From Candidatus Dormiibacterota bacterium (GTDB lineage Bacteria > Chloroflexota > Dormibacteria > Aeolococcales > Aeolococcaceae), in contig CAWCVK010000001.1 in the NCBI GenBank assembly GCA_963799005.1, positions 867,691 to 931,690 on the forward strand: a stretch of DNA of 64,000 nucleotides, in the 5' to 3' direction. The position numbers and the translations under genes were made by a program. The notes beneath the pieces were generated by a model. That model searched no databases and was not told the DNA's origin. It worked only from the letters and a program-made list of their open reading frames with translations. Shown here piece by piece: positions 1 to 8,380 of the stretch. Every line of letters starts with the position of its first letter. Within the stretch, counting starts at the first letter, position 1.

Positions 1-702
1 CGCAATCGCTGCGAGTTCATGCCTTGCGAAGGCGGCTTCATGGCGATGCGTGGTTTCTTCGACCCCATCGCCGCGGCCACCATCAAGACCGCGGTGCTCC
101 CTCTGAGCAGGGCGACCGGCGCGGGCGACGACCGGCCGCTTCCCCGCCGGCTCGCCGATGCACTGGTCGAGGTCGCTGGCCACGCCCTTGACCTCGGAGC
201 GATCCCGACGACGGGCGGGGCGACCACCCACCTCCAGCTCACCGCGTCGGTCGAGACCGTGATGGGGCTGGAAGGAGCACCCGGCGGGGACCTTGAATTC
301 GCCGGCGCGGTTCCCGCCGCAACGGTGCAGCGTCTCGCCTGTGATGCCCGGGTCCGCCGCATCCTCCTCGGACCCAACTCCGCGGTTATCGACGTCGGCC
401 GGACACTCCGGTTGCCGAGTCCGGCAGCCCGAGCGGCGCTTCGGGTTCGGGCTGGCGGCTGCCAATGGCCGCGCTGCGACCGCCCCGTGGCGTTCACCAA
501 CGCACATCACCTGGTGCACTGGGGCCACGGGGGCGGGACCGACGTGGAAAACCTGATCCTGCTGTGCTACCGCCACCACTGGATGATCCATGAGGGAGGC
601 TGGCAGTTAGCGGTGGTCGAGCAGGGGCGGCTGCTGGCGATCCCGCCATCGCAGAATCATCGATCCTGGACGCGCGCCCCCGATACCGCCGTCGGCGGGT
701 AA
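1..702 (+). CDS. DUF222 (13E12-repeat-like) HNH endonuclease, 5'-truncated by window edge
   Basis: Frame is open from position 1. DUF222-like 'RLACDARVRRILLGP..VIDVGR' followed by HNH 'GCQWPRC..AHHLVHWGHGGGTDVENLILLCYRHHWMIH'. Confidence 0.85.
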   Translation, partial: RNRCEFMPCEGGFMAMRGFFDPIAAATIKTAVLPLSRATGAGDDRPLPRRLADALVEVAGHALDLGAIPTTGGATTHLQLTASVETVMGLEGAPGGDLEFAGAVPAATVQRLACDARVRRILLGPNSAVIDVGRTLRLPSPAARAALRVRAGGCQWPRCDRPVAFTNAHHLVHWGHGGGTDVENLILLCYRHHWMIHEGGWQLAVVEQGRLLAIPPSQNHRSWTRAPDTAVGG

Positions 703-819
703 GGGCACCCAACCCTGGCAGGTCGATGCTGCGGGTCGATGCTTCGGGTCGCGTCCGAAGGCGTGCCCGAGTTGGCGCCCAAGCGTCAAGACAGTTGCCT
801 ACCCCATCAACACACCCGA

Positions 820-848
820 TTGAATACCCCTGCATGATGTGCTAGCCT
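820..848 (+). promoter_or_regulatory. sigma70-type promoter
   Basis: TTGAAT(820-825)-N17-TAGCCT(843-848), with extended -10 TG at 840-841. Confidence 0.55.
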
Positions 849-854
849 TCCGCG

Positions 855-975
855 CAGGCCACAAGATGTAGGGCTGCACCCCTTATATCCAAGGCTCGTC
901 GGGCAGCGGGCGCCGGGCTCTCTCATCGCCAGGCCAAATGGCCTCTCCCATCCGGAGGCCCGCTGCCTGCCCCGT
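855..975 (+). ncRNA. candidate small structured RNA
   Basis: Lies downstream of the promoter. 10-bp stem GGCAGCGGGC(902-911)/GCCCGCTGCC(958-967), inner CCGGG/TCCGG stem, apical AGGCC-AAAT-GGCCT hairpin. The next gene has its own -10 (TACGCT 1034-1039). Confidence 0.35.
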
Positions 976-1050
976 TTCCACACTCGGCGCGCCGTGTGCG
1001 ATTGCGACGCCGGTTCGGGTCGGCACCCCCTGATACGCTTCGATGAGTTC

Positions 1051-1560
1051 ATGGCCAAGAAGACTCGAAAGCAGAAACAGCGCGCGGCGACGCGGCGTCC
1101 GGGAACACAGGCCGCCGCAACACCCGGGGCCGCCACAGTACCCCGGACCCCCGCAGCACCCCAGGCCGCCACCGCGCGCGAGGCGCCGGAGGCAGCGCCC
1201 GTCACCGTGCGTCCCGTGACGGGGCAGGTGCTGCCGGAGACCGTCCTCCCGCTGCCGAGCACGCAGCTGCAGATCGAGTCGGAGACGGCCGACGATACCG
1301 AGGAAGGGCTCGCCGCAACCACGGACGGCTATTCGCGCCGGCGCGTCCAGCGTGTCAACCCGGCCGCCCAGCCGCGCGCGATCCGCGGTCAGGTGAGCGC
1401 CGCCGCACTATTCCAGCCGCTGGACAGCGAGGAGGCGGCCATCCCGTTCGACCGCGTCCCCTACGTGCCTCGCGATCTTCGCCGGGTTGCGATCATGGCA
1501 TCGCTCATGGTGGTGCTCATTCTCATCGCGGCGTTCGTGGTGACGCGCATCAATCTGTGA
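1051..1560 (+). CDS. hypothetical tail-anchored membrane protein
   Basis: Basic/Pro-Ala-rich N-terminus; single hydrophobic helix (VAIMASLMVVLILIAAFVV) ending 5 aa from the C-terminus, after YVPRDLRR. Start at ATG 1051 chosen over 994. Confidence 0.75.
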   Translation: MAKKTRKQKQRAATRRPGTQAAATPGAATVPRTPAAPQAATAREAPEAAPVTVRPVTGQVLPETVLPLPSTQLQIESETADDTEEGLAATTDGYSRRRVQRVNPAAQPRAIRGQVSAAALFQPLDSEEAAIPFDRVPYVPRDLRRVAIMASLMVVLILIAAFVVTRINL

Positions 1561-1576
1561 GCCTCGAGACACGCGC

Positions 1577-2749
1577 GTGCGAGTGATTCTCTATACAGGG
1601 AAGGGCGGGGTTGGCAAGACGACCGTTGCGGCCGCGACCGCGGTCAGGTGCGCGAGCCTCGGCTACAAGACGCTGGTCATCAGCACCGACGCGGCCCACA
1701 GCCTGGGGGACAGCGTCGATCAGGAGATCGGCGATCAGCCGACCGAGCTGGCTCCGAATCTCTGGGGCCAGGAGGTCAACGCGCTCCACGAACTCGAGGA
1801 GCACTGGGACCGAATCCACATCTATCTGACATCGCTGTTCGCGTCGCAGGGCGTCGACGACATCGTGGCCGAGGAGATGGCATCGCCTCCGGGGATGGAG
1901 GAGGTCGCGAGTCTCATGTGGATCAAGAAGCACAAGCGCGAGGGCAAGTTCGACGTCCTCATCGTGGATTGCGCACCGACGGGCGAGACCCTGCAGCTGC
2001 TCGCGTTCCCGGATGTCGCCAAGTGGTACCTCGACCGCATCTTCCCGATTCACCGGATGATGAACAAGGTGGCGCGCCCGGTGATGCAGCCATTCATCAG
2101 CATTCCCCTGCCGAGCGACGAGATCTTCAGCAATGTCAAGGACCTGCTTCTCGACCTCGAGGGTATGAAGAAGATCCTCGGCGATCCCAAGGTGTGCACC
2201 ACCCGGATCGTGCTCAACCTCGAAAAGATGGTTGTCAAGGAGGCGCAGCGAGCGTTCACGTATCTGAGCCTCTACGACTACCTCACCGACCTCGTGGTGG
2301 TGAACCGCGTCCTGCCCCCCGAGGTCACGGACAGCTACTTCGACTCGTGGCGCGAGGCGCAGCAGCGCTACGCGCTGATGGTGGAGACCGCCTTCTCACC
2401 GATCCCGACGCTGCAGACCAAGCTGTTCGACCACGAGATCGTCGGACTCGACCACCTCGCCGAGATGGGGGAGTCGATCTACGGCGACCGCGATCCTTCG
2501 CAGATCTTCTACCACGCCGTGCCCCAGCGCATCCGCAAGGTTGGCAACAACTACGAGCTGCAGCTTCATCTCCCGTTCGTCGGCAAGGAGGACGTCGACA
2601 TCAAGCATCGCGAGGGCGAGCTCTTCGTCAGTGTCGGTCCGTACAAGCGCGAGATATCACTGCCGCGGGTGCTCAACGGCAAACGCGTGACCAAGGGGCG
2701 GCTCGACGAAGGCATGCTCCTGGTGACGTTCTCGGATCGCAAGCCATGA
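1577..2749 (+). CDS. ArsA/Get3-family ATPase with C-terminal HSP20/alpha-crystallin-like domain
   Basis: GKGGVGKTT P-loop, STDAAHSL switch I, DCAPTG switch II, C-terminal 'ELFVSVGPYKREISLP'. Confidence 0.92.
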   Translation: MRVILYTGKGGVGKTTVAAATAVRCASLGYKTLVISTDAAHSLGDSVDQEIGDQPTELAPNLWGQEVNALHELEEHWDRIHIYLTSLFASQGVDDIVAEEMASPPGMEEVASLMWIKKHKREGKFDVLIVDCAPTGETLQLLAFPDVAKWYLDRIFPIHRMMNKVARPVMQPFISIPLPSDEIFSNVKDLLLDLEGMKKILGDPKVCTTRIVLNLEKMVVKEAQRAFTYLSLYDYLTDLVVVNRVLPPEVTDSYFDSWREAQQRYALMVETAFSPIPTLQTKLFDHEIVGLDHLAEMGESIYGDRDPSQIFYHAVPQRIRKVGNNYELQLHLPFVGKEDVDIKHREGELFVSVGPYKREISLPRVLNGKRVTKGRLDEGMLLVTFSDRKP

Positions 2750-3009
2750 CCGAATCGTGTCGCATCTGCCCCACGCGTCTCATCGATGAGGCGTCGCGCC
2801 TGCTCGGCACGTCCTTTGGCGAACTCGTGCCACCCGAGGCGCAGCGGCACCTGCTGATCGCCCAGCGCGAGCTTCTGCTCGCAGTTGCGGCGGTGATCGA
2901 ATACCACACACGTCAGCCGGAACCCGCCGCGTCGCGGTCGCGCGGCCGCAAGCGATCCGCAGGCGGAACGGAGCGCTCGCGGCGGCCGTCGCGGGTCGAG
3001 CTCGAGTAG
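2746..3009 (+). CDS. small hypothetical protein coupled to the ArsA gene (CxxCP; DUF5304-like)
   Basis: ATGA overlap with the ATPase stop; MTESCRICP...HLLIAQRELLLAVAAVIE. Confidence 0.75.
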   Translation: MTESCRICPTRLIDEASRLLGTSFGELVPPEAQRHLLIAQRELLLAVAAVIEYHTRQPEPAASRSRGRKRSAGGTERSRRPSRVELE

Positions 3010-3019
3010 CCGTCGCCGG

Positions 3020-3757
3020 GTGACCAGTCCCGGTACCTACCTGGCGATCGTTCTCTACACCCTGCCGGGTTTCCTGTTCGGATCGGTGATTCACGAGCTC
3101 AGCCACGCGGCCATCGCGCTGCGCTGCGGCGACCCGACCCCGCGCCGCGCCGGCCGCATGACCCTCGACCCACGCCGCAACATCGACCCCCTCGGGTGCC
3201 TGGCGCTGCTCCTGGCCGGGATCGGCTGGGGCCGGCCGGTACCGCTGGATCCGTTGTATCTCCGTGCCGGTCGGCAGCGTGCGGCGGTCGCGGCGGCGGG
3301 GCCGCTCGCCCATCTCGTGGTCGCCGCCGTCTTCGCCGGAGCGCTGCGCGTGGAGTTGCTCGGTTCGGGTATCGACGCGAGCGGCTTCGACACGCTCGCC
3401 CAGCTGACGGCCCAGGGCGTGATCTACGGGGTGCTGCTGCAGGGGTTTCTGGTCAACATGGCGCTCTTCGTCTTCAATGCCCTGCCGCTCCCGGGCCTCG
3501 ACGGCTACGCCGTGCTGCGCAGCCTCCTCTTCGGCACCGCACCGCGTTTGTTCCTGTACGTGGAGCAGTACCGCTACGTGGTCTACGCGCTCGCCGCCGT
3601 GGTGGCGCTGCTGCTCCCGCCGCTGACCCACGGCGCCGTCGACCCGGCTGCCGCGATGACGGTGGGGACCGCGTCGCTCACCTTCGATCATCTGATCGTG
3701 CCCGGCGTGGAGCCGCTGTTCATCGGCCTCCCGAACGCGTTTCACCTGATCTCGTGA
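3020..3757 (+). CDS. site-2 protease (peptidase M50)
   Basis: HELSH zinc motif, NALPLPGLDG motif, multiple TM segments. Confidence 0.92.
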   Translation: MTSPGTYLAIVLYTLPGFLFGSVIHELSHAAIALRCGDPTPRRAGRMTLDPRRNIDPLGCLALLLAGIGWGRPVPLDPLYLRAGRQRAAVAAAGPLAHLVVAAVFAGALRVELLGSGIDASGFDTLAQLTAQGVIYGVLLQGFLVNMALFVFNALPLPGLDGYAVLRSLLFGTAPRLFLYVEQYRYVVYALAAVVALLLPPLTHGAVDPAAAMTVGTASLTFDHLIVPGVEPLFIGLPNAFHLIS

Positions 3758-3845
3758 GCTCCGTGGTGATCGACGCGTGAGCGCCGTGGTGATCGACGCG
3801 TGAGCGCCGTGGTGATCCACGCGTGAGCGCCGTGATGATCGACGG
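3754..3845 (+). repeat. 4 x 23-bp tandem repeat GTGAGCGCCGTGGTGATCGACGC
   Basis: Units begin at 3754, 3777, 3800 and 3823, with 0-2 mismatches each. Confidence 0.95.
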
Positions 3846-4332
3846 CGTGGAGTGGCCCGTCGAGGGCGCGCAGGTGGCGATCGTGCAACGCGGGCGTGTG
3901 CTCCTCCAGTTCCGGCCATGGCCGCCCGGCTGGGAGCTTCCCGGCGGTCACTGCGAGCCTGATGAGGACCCCGCCGTCACCGCCGCGCGCGAGACCGAGG
4001 AGGAGACAGGCTACCGGGTGCGCATCGACGGCATCGTCGGCGTGTACTCGTGGCGGGGACTGCGGTCGGCCGGCGACGTGGTCTTCCTTGCCCAGGTCAT
4101 CGGGGGTGCGCCGCGGCGCAGCCTCGAAGCCTGGTCGATGCGGATGGCGAGCCCTGACATGCTTCCGCGAACGGTGTTCCCATGGATCCGGCAGCGCGTG
4201 CGCGACGCGGTCGACGTGGCCGGCGGTGCTGCCCCGGCGCACCGGGAGCAACCGGTGACGATCCGCCACGTGCTCGGTTTTGCGACCGCGTGGCTGCACA
4301 CCCCGGTCGACCGCGTGTTGCGCCGCCGATGA
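3823..4332 (+). CDS. NUDIX hydrolase
   Basis: Nudix box GGHCEPDEDPAVTAARETEEETGY. Confidence 0.92.
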   Translation: MSAVMIDGVEWPVEGAQVAIVQRGRVLLQFRPWPPGWELPGGHCEPDEDPAVTAARETEEETGYRVRIDGIVGVYSWRGLRSAGDVVFLAQVIGGAPRRSLEAWSMRMASPDMLPRTVFPWIRQRVRDAVDVAGGAAPAHREQPVTIRHVLGFATAWLHTPVDRVLRRR

Positions 4333-5319
4333 TCACCGCGCTGCTGTTCGCGGCGAGCCTGCTCCTGGTCGTGGTCGCATCCGAACTGTTCACCAACGCG
4401 ATCGAATGGGCGGGGTACCTGCTCAACCTTGGGAGTGGTGCGACCGGCAGCCTGCTCGCGGCGCTCGGGACGTCGCTGCCCGAGACCGTCGTCCCCATCG
4501 TCGCGCTCGCAACTCATTCCCCGGCGGCCGAACTCGGTCGCCACCGGGGCGGTGCTCGGTTCGCCCTTCCTGCTGCTCACCCTCGGAGCCGGGGCGACCG
4601 GGGTCGCGGTGGTCCTGCGGGGCGGGGCTCGCCGGCTCGTGATCGACCGGCGGCAGGCGAGGCGCGACCTGGGTGTCTTCCTGGCGGCCTTCGCCGTCGC
4701 CATGCTCTCGAGCATTCTGCCGCGCGGCGCCCGGATCGCCGTCGGCGCGCTGCTGCTCATCACCTACGCCGTGTACGTGATCGCAACTCTGCGTGGCAGT
4801 GGAAGCGCGGAGGAGAGCCCGGAGCCGCTGCACATCGTCCGCTGGCGGCCCGGAAAGCCGCACCCCGCGCTGGTGACGGTGCAACTCGTCATCGCCGTCG
4901 CCCTCCTCATCGTCGGCTCGCAATTGTTCGTGACCGCGCTCGACCGGACCGCGACGGCGCTGCAGATACCCGCGCTCGTGCTCGCGCTGGTGATCGTGCC
5001 GGTGGCGACCGAGCTACCTGAGACGCTCAACAGCGTGCTCTGGGTGCGCACGCACGACGACATGCTCGCCTTCGGCAACGTCGCCGGGTCGGCCACGTTT
5101 CAATCGTGCGTCCTCGCCGCCATCGGGGTCATCTTCACGACCTGGCATCCGGGCTCCGCGGGAGTGATCAGCGCCACCCTCACCCTGGTGACGGCGGCGT
5201 TCCTGCTGGCGTTGCTGTGGCGTGGTCAGGCACGGGGCACGCTGCTCATGCTCGCCGCGGTTCCCTGGGTCGCGTACGTGGTGGCGGAGGTCGCGACCGG
5301 GGGACGCCTGGCGGTCTGA
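4329..5319 (+). CDS. sodium:calcium exchanger-family antiporter, with +1 frameshift near 4530
   Basis: Two alpha-repeat motifs, GTSLPE and ATELPE, lie in different frames joined near 4530; ATGA-coupled to the NUDIX gene. Confidence 0.85.
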
Positions 5320-5338
5320 GACCGGCACAATCGGCCGC

Positions 5339-6214
5339 GTGATCCGGGTTCATGCGTCCGGCGACGTCGAGGAGTATGCCGCCGCCGCGGGACCGTTCCT
5401 GAGGGCCGATCCCTGCGCGCGCAACGTGATGCTCTCGATCATGGACATCGTGCGCACCGCGCCCTCGACGTACAGTGCTCCGGCAAGCTTCTGGTGGATC
5501 ACCGACGCGGGGTCGGTGGTCGGCGCCGCCAGCTGGACGCCGCCGCACGGCCTGCTGGTGTCGTCGATCCCGCCGGACGCCGCAGCCGGTCTCGCGGACG
5601 CGGCGCTCGAACGTGCGACCACGCTCGGCATCCGTCCGGGCGGCGTCGTCGGTCCTGCGTCATCGGCGCGCGCGCTGGCCTCGGCGTGGACGGCCATCAC
5701 CGGCGACACCGTCGAGGTCGACCGGTCGATTCTGCTCAACGAGCTCGACGCGCTCACCGAGGTGGCCCGGCCGCCGGGGACGCGCCGCCCTGGCGTCGCC
5801 GGCGACGTCCCGCTGATCGCGGTCTGGCTCGACGATTTCAGCGCCGAGATCGGGCACGTCGCCCCGGTGAACCCGCGTGCGATCGCCGAGCACATGGTGC
5901 AGTCGGGACACATCGACCTCTGGGAGGTCGACGGACAGATCGCGTGCATGGTCGGCCATCGCGACGCGGCCGGTGTCCTTCGGGTCGGACCCGTGTACAC
6001 ACCTCCCGAGCATCGCAACCACGGCTACGCCAGGTGGCTCACCTATGAGGTCACCGCGCTCGCGCTCGAGCGACCGGGCGTCGATCACGCCATGCTCTTC
6101 ACAGATGCAGCCAACCCTGTCTCGAACTCGATCTACCGCCAGGCTGGATACCAGCCCCGCGGCGAACACGTCGAGATCGAGTTCGCGAAGCGCAACGCTT
6201 CACCCGAGCACTAA
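5339..6214 (+). CDS. GNAT N-acetyltransferase (FR47-like C-terminal domain)
   Basis: VGPVYTPPEHRNHGYA acetyl-CoA motif; NPVSNSIYRQAGY. Confidence 0.88.
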   Translation: MIRVHASGDVEEYAAAAGPFLRADPCARNVMLSIMDIVRTAPSTYSAPASFWWITDAGSVVGAASWTPPHGLLVSSIPPDAAAGLADAALERATTLGIRPGGVVGPASSARALASAWTAITGDTVEVDRSILLNELDALTEVARPPGTRRPGVAGDVPLIAVWLDDFSAEIGHVAPVNPRAIAEHMVQSGHIDLWEVDGQIACMVGHRDAAGVLRVGPVYTPPEHRNHGYARWLTYEVTALALERPGVDHAMLFTDAANPVSNSIYRQAGYQPRGEHVEIEFAKRNASPEH

Positions 6215-6274
6215 AGTCATCCACCGCGCACCGCGCCAGGCGCGAGGGTGGCTGCTTGACAGAGGAGCGTCGCG

Positions 6275-7180
6275 ATGAATCTCGACGGCAAGGTGGCCGT
6301 GGTCACCGGAAGTGGACGTGGCATCGGCCGCGCCTACGCGCTCGCGCTGGCCCAGGCGGGCTGCGCGGTGGTTGTCAACGACGTCGACGCTGACGTCGCC
6401 GAAGCGACCGCGGACGCGATCGCCGGCGCCGGCGGCCGGGTGGTCGCGGAGGTGTGCGCGGTCGGATCCGCGGAGACCGCGGACCAGCTCGTCTCCGGCG
6501 CCGTCAAGGCGTTCGGTCACCTCGACATCATGTGCACCAACGCCGGCATCCTTCGCGACCGCGTGCTCTGGAACATGAGCGACGACGACTTCGACGCCGT
6601 GATCGCGACCCACCTCCGCGGCACGTTCGTGTGCGCGCGGGCTGCCGTGCGTCAGATGCGCGAACAGGGCTCGGGCGGACGGATCGTGGTGGTCTCGTCG
6701 ATCGCCGGTCAGCGCGGGAACTTCGGGCAGACCAACTACGCGGCTGCAAAGGCGGGGATTGCGGCATTTGCCCGCACCTGGGCGATGGAGTGCGCCAAGC
6801 ACAACATCACCGTCAACGCCATCGTCCCCAACGCGATCACCCGGATGATCTCGACGATTCCGGGTATGGCCTCACTGGTCGAGGCGGCCGAGAGGGGCGA
6901 GCCACTTCCGTCGACGGTGCGCAAGCAGATGGGCATGGGGACTCCCGACGATGTGGCTCCGCTGCTGGTGTTCCTCAGCTCCGACGCCGCGGCTGGGGTC
7001 ACCGGTCAGTGCATCGGTCTCGGCGGCGACAAGCTGTCGCTCTGGGCACACCCGAGAGAGATATCGGTCGCATTCCGCGACGGCGGCTGGACGGCCGACG
7101 CCATCGCCGACGTCTGGTCGACGTCGGTCGGCTCGGAGCTCGAGACCTATGGCATCCCGTTCCTCAGCGGCTCCGTCTGA
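6275..7180 (+). CDS. SDR family NAD(P)-dependent oxidoreductase
   Basis: TGSGRGIG, NAG, YAAAK motifs. Confidence 0.95.
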   Translation: MNLDGKVAVVTGSGRGIGRAYALALAQAGCAVVVNDVDADVAEATADAIAGAGGRVVAEVCAVGSAETADQLVSGAVKAFGHLDIMCTNAGILRDRVLWNMSDDDFDAVIATHLRGTFVCARAAVRQMREQGSGGRIVVVSSIAGQRGNFGQTNYAAAKAGIAAFARTWAMECAKHNITVNAIVPNAITRMISTIPGMASLVEAAERGEPLPSTVRKQMGMGTPDDVAPLLVFLSSDAAAGVTGQCIGLGGDKLSLWAHPREISVAFRDGGWTADAIADVWSTSVGSELETYGIPFLSGSV

Positions 7181-7188
7181 GCTGAGCG

Positions 7189-7923
7189 CTACGGAGGCGG
7201 CGAGAGCGCGGGCGGTGGGTGCGGCGGTTCGGGGGCAACGACGGCTTCGCGCACCGGCGTCACCATGATCGCCGCGAGGTTGTAGACCACCGCCACCGCG
7301 AGGATCGCGAGCGCCACAAGCAGCCCAATACCCGGATTGACGTTGAAGAGCGACGCGACGTCGATCCCGGGGGCGTTCGGTCCCTCGCTCGAGGCGATCT
7401 TCGCGAGCAGCACGTCGCGGACATGGAACTGATCGAGGATCAGGCCTCCAGCGGCGGCGGTGGAAAGCACCGCGACGATCAGCGCCCTGGTCCTTGCCGC
7501 CAGGAGACCGAGCACGCCGGCGATCGCCGCGCCGAGCGCGAGGACAACGCCGGCCAGCGCGAGGATCACCAGGAGCTGCGGACCGATGTTTTCCGATGAG
7601 GTGTCGATGGTGGGCAGACCCCCACTCTGCCTGCACACCGACGGCACTGACCCGGTCCCTGGATTCCCCCCGAACGCGAGTTGCCAGCCGCTGTAAGCAA
7701 GGACGCTCACCCCGCCGAGCGCGTCGACGCATGCGCTCGCCTGGGACGACTCCGCCGTGCTCAGCCCCTGTGACGCCTCGATCGATCCGATCGTGGACCG
7801 GATCGCGGCCGTATTGCACGACACCCCCGCGAAGGTCATGAAGAACGCGAGGATGACCAGAAGGAGAAGGACCGGGCTCACCCGGCGGGCACCGGGCTCT
7901 CCGGCCAGCGCGGCAGGGCTCAC
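7189..7923 (-). CDS. hypothetical membrane protein
   Basis: About 4 hydrophobic segments; fits between convergent neighbours. Confidence 0.7.
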   Translation of the reverse strand: MSPAALAGEPGARRVSPVLLLLVILAFFMTFAGVSCNTAAIRSTIGSIEASQGLSTAESSQASACVDALGGVSVLAYSGWQLAFGGNPGTGSVPSVCRQSGGLPTIDTSSENIGPQLLVILALAGVVLALGAAIAGVLGLLAARTRALIVAVLSTAAAGGLILDQFHVRDVLLAKIASSEGPNAPGIDVASLFNVNPGIGLLVALAILAVAVVYNLAAIMVTPVREAVVAPEPPHPPPALSPPP

Positions 7924-7945
7924 GCGGCCGCAGGACCGGACATTC

Positions 7946-8305
7946 TCAGCCGACCCGATCGCCGGGCGCGCAGGGGTGGTCGGGACGGACCAGGACGACT
8001 CGCTCCGAGCCCTCCTGGTACACGCCGAGCACGAGCACCTCGCTGCGGAGCGGGCCGATCTGCCGCGCGGGGAGGTTCACGACCGCGATCACCGTGCTCC
8101 CGGTGAGCTCCTCGGGGGTGTACAGATCGGTGAGCCGGCCCGAGGATCGCCGTGTGCCCAGCGGACCGAAGTCGATGACCATGCGGTACGCGGGTCGTCG
8201 CGCCTCGGCGAACCGCTCGCAGCTCACCACCGTTCCCGCGCGGATGTCCACGGCGAAGAACTGCGCCGGATCGATCTGCGCCGGCGCTGCGCCCTCTCCG
8301 CTCAC
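7946..8305 (-). CDS. csaA: CsaA-like tRNA-binding/export chaperone (OB fold)
   Basis: FFAVDIRAGTVV..AYRMVIDFGPLG..SSG..VVNLPARQIG..SEVLVLG; GTG start 7 nt after TACACT. Confidence 0.88.
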   Translation of the reverse strand: MSGEGAAPAQIDPAQFFAVDIRAGTVVSCERFAEARRPAYRMVIDFGPLGTRRSSGRLTDLYTPEELTGSTVIAVVNLPARQIGPLRSEVLVLGVYQEGSERVVLVRPDHPCAPGDRVG

Positions 8306-8380
8306 GCGGGGCAGTGTATCGGCACACCTATACTCGCCCGCGGATACTTCGCGTGGTTCGGAGGGAATGTCATCCGGGGC

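Noticed and set aside
940-1050. FMN riboswitch on the minus strand (CCGGAUGGGAGA-like 3' end)
   Set aside because: The upstream FMN elements (AGGGC..GUGAAAUUCC, ACCGGCGGU) are absent and no riboflavin gene follows.
1577-2749. Arsenic resistance operon
   Set aside because: Single-domain ATPase with an HSP20-like tail; no arsB/acr3, arsC, arsD or arsR nearby.
3754-3845. Mini-CRISPR array
   Set aside because: No spacers; the unit is a duplicated gene start.
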